DNA from: Octopus vulgaris
Taxonomy: Eukaryota
NCBI GenBank assembly: GCA_951406725.2
Contig: OX597820.1
Coordinates: 47,244,001-47,308,000 of the forward strand
Length of the DNA: 64,000 bases
Direction of reading: 5' to 3'
The notes under the pieces are model-generated. The model saw only the letters and a list, made by a program, of their open reading frames with translations. It made no database searches and was not told the origin of the DNA. Made by a program: the position numbers and the translations under genes. Below, piece by piece: positions 63,046 through 64,000 of this stretch. The stretch's first letter is position 1. Each line of letters opens with the position of its first letter.

Positions 63046-63184
63046 AAAAAAATAAAAGAAAACATTCGTATTTTGATTGCACGGAAGATTCCACCTACTT
63101 TAATAAAAGCACTTTTGACAAAAGCAAGACCCAGCTTGATCCTAGAACGCTATCCCTTCTTTATATGATCAATCTTTACTACAG

Positions 63185-63600
63185 ATCATCATCATCATCC
63201 ATTTTCCATGCTGGCATGGGTTGGATGGTTTGATCAGAGCTGGCAAATTGAAGCTGCATCAGGTTCCGGTCCGATTTAGCTTGGTTTTTACGGTTAGATG
63301 TCCTTCCCAACACCACCACTTTACAGAGTGTGCTGGGTGTTTTTAATTAGCACCAGTACAGGGCTCTTGCAGGCCAATCCTATTCAGCAAGGGATGTGGC
63401 CTTAACTCATCTGCTGTGGAAGACAGGTCTTCTTGAGTATAGCAAAGGCACCAGATATCTCGATCCTTTGTCATCTCCTGTGTATGGATCAGTTTCCTAA
63501 GATTATCCTTCAGTACTTTGTCCCATCCCTGGGTCTCCATCTTCCATAAGTTCCATCCATTTTGTGTGATTGGCGCTTCTTTATGGAGCTGTCTACATCC
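63185..63600 (-). mobile_element. 5'-truncated RTE LINE end (similar pieces at about 23778-24100 on minus and 22550-22755 on plus)
   Basis: WDKVLKDNLRKL...EMTKDRDIW resembles the LINE C-terminus WDEVVRTDLGM...EMTMDQSVW; followed by the family B tail and (GAT)n. Confidence 0.7.
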
Positions 63601-64000
63601 ACCTGATCATTGGTAAGATCGTTAGATAAGAGTGATAGTCAACTGTTTGTCCTAACCTTAGTTTTATTAGGAGTCACATAAAATAACTTACCTAAAAGTT
63701 CCACATTGTATTGATATTGTAGTTTATCCTCAGGTCATCCTAATCCCTGCATACTGTTCTAAATGGCTAAATTAACTTAGACCTGCAATGATATGCTATA
63801 AAGCACACAGCTCAGAATCGTTAGTTATGTTACATTCACCCAGTATTTTAAAATAACAGAAACACACATTGATACTGACGTCTTGAATAATGAAATTATC
63901 TAAGATTTCGTTCTTTATTGCAATGACTGTAATTCTAGAGAAGAGTGTGTGTGTGTGTGTGTTTAATGGGGTGTGGATTAGTGTACTATGGCCACAACCC

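Noticed and set aside
190-63540. Most short ORFs in the supplied track ([15 protein letters not shown] and SINE-derived peptides)
   Set aside because: They are translations of microsatellites and repeated SINE/LINE fragments, or antisense shadows of eIF3b exons

Overview
AT-rich, repeat-dense animal genomic DNA. The SINE/LINE families resemble those I associate with Octopus (coleoid cephalopod); this is an inference, not a database result. The one clearly intact protein-coding gene is eIF3b (translation initiation factor 3 subunit B) on the minus strand. I reconstructed it by hand as 17 GT-AG coding exons with consistent phases, from ATG at 60371 to TAA at 29096 (2115 nt, 704 aa). It has a probable ~650-nt 3' UTR ending near an AATAAA at 28460-28465 and a CpG-retaining promoter domain at about 57.2-62.3 kb. 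The rest is mostly mobile-element debris: a full-length but dead mariner nested in a second inverted-repeat element; a 5'-truncated RTE LINE with a PHD finger inside its RT; an internally deleted piggyBac carrying a young CR1 fragment; TTAA-type MITEs; two non-autonomous Helitrons sharing a 3' end; a pogo-like MITE; several tRNA-derived SINE families; and many RTE-tail elements ending in (GAT)n. There are no prokaryotic features or CRISPR arrays. I found no convincing new biological system. The best leads are structural: inverted repeats bracketing eIF3b exons, a repeated pseudoknot-like motif in the RTE tail, and nested or duplicated TE architectures. Repeat boundaries are approximate unless termini are quoted.
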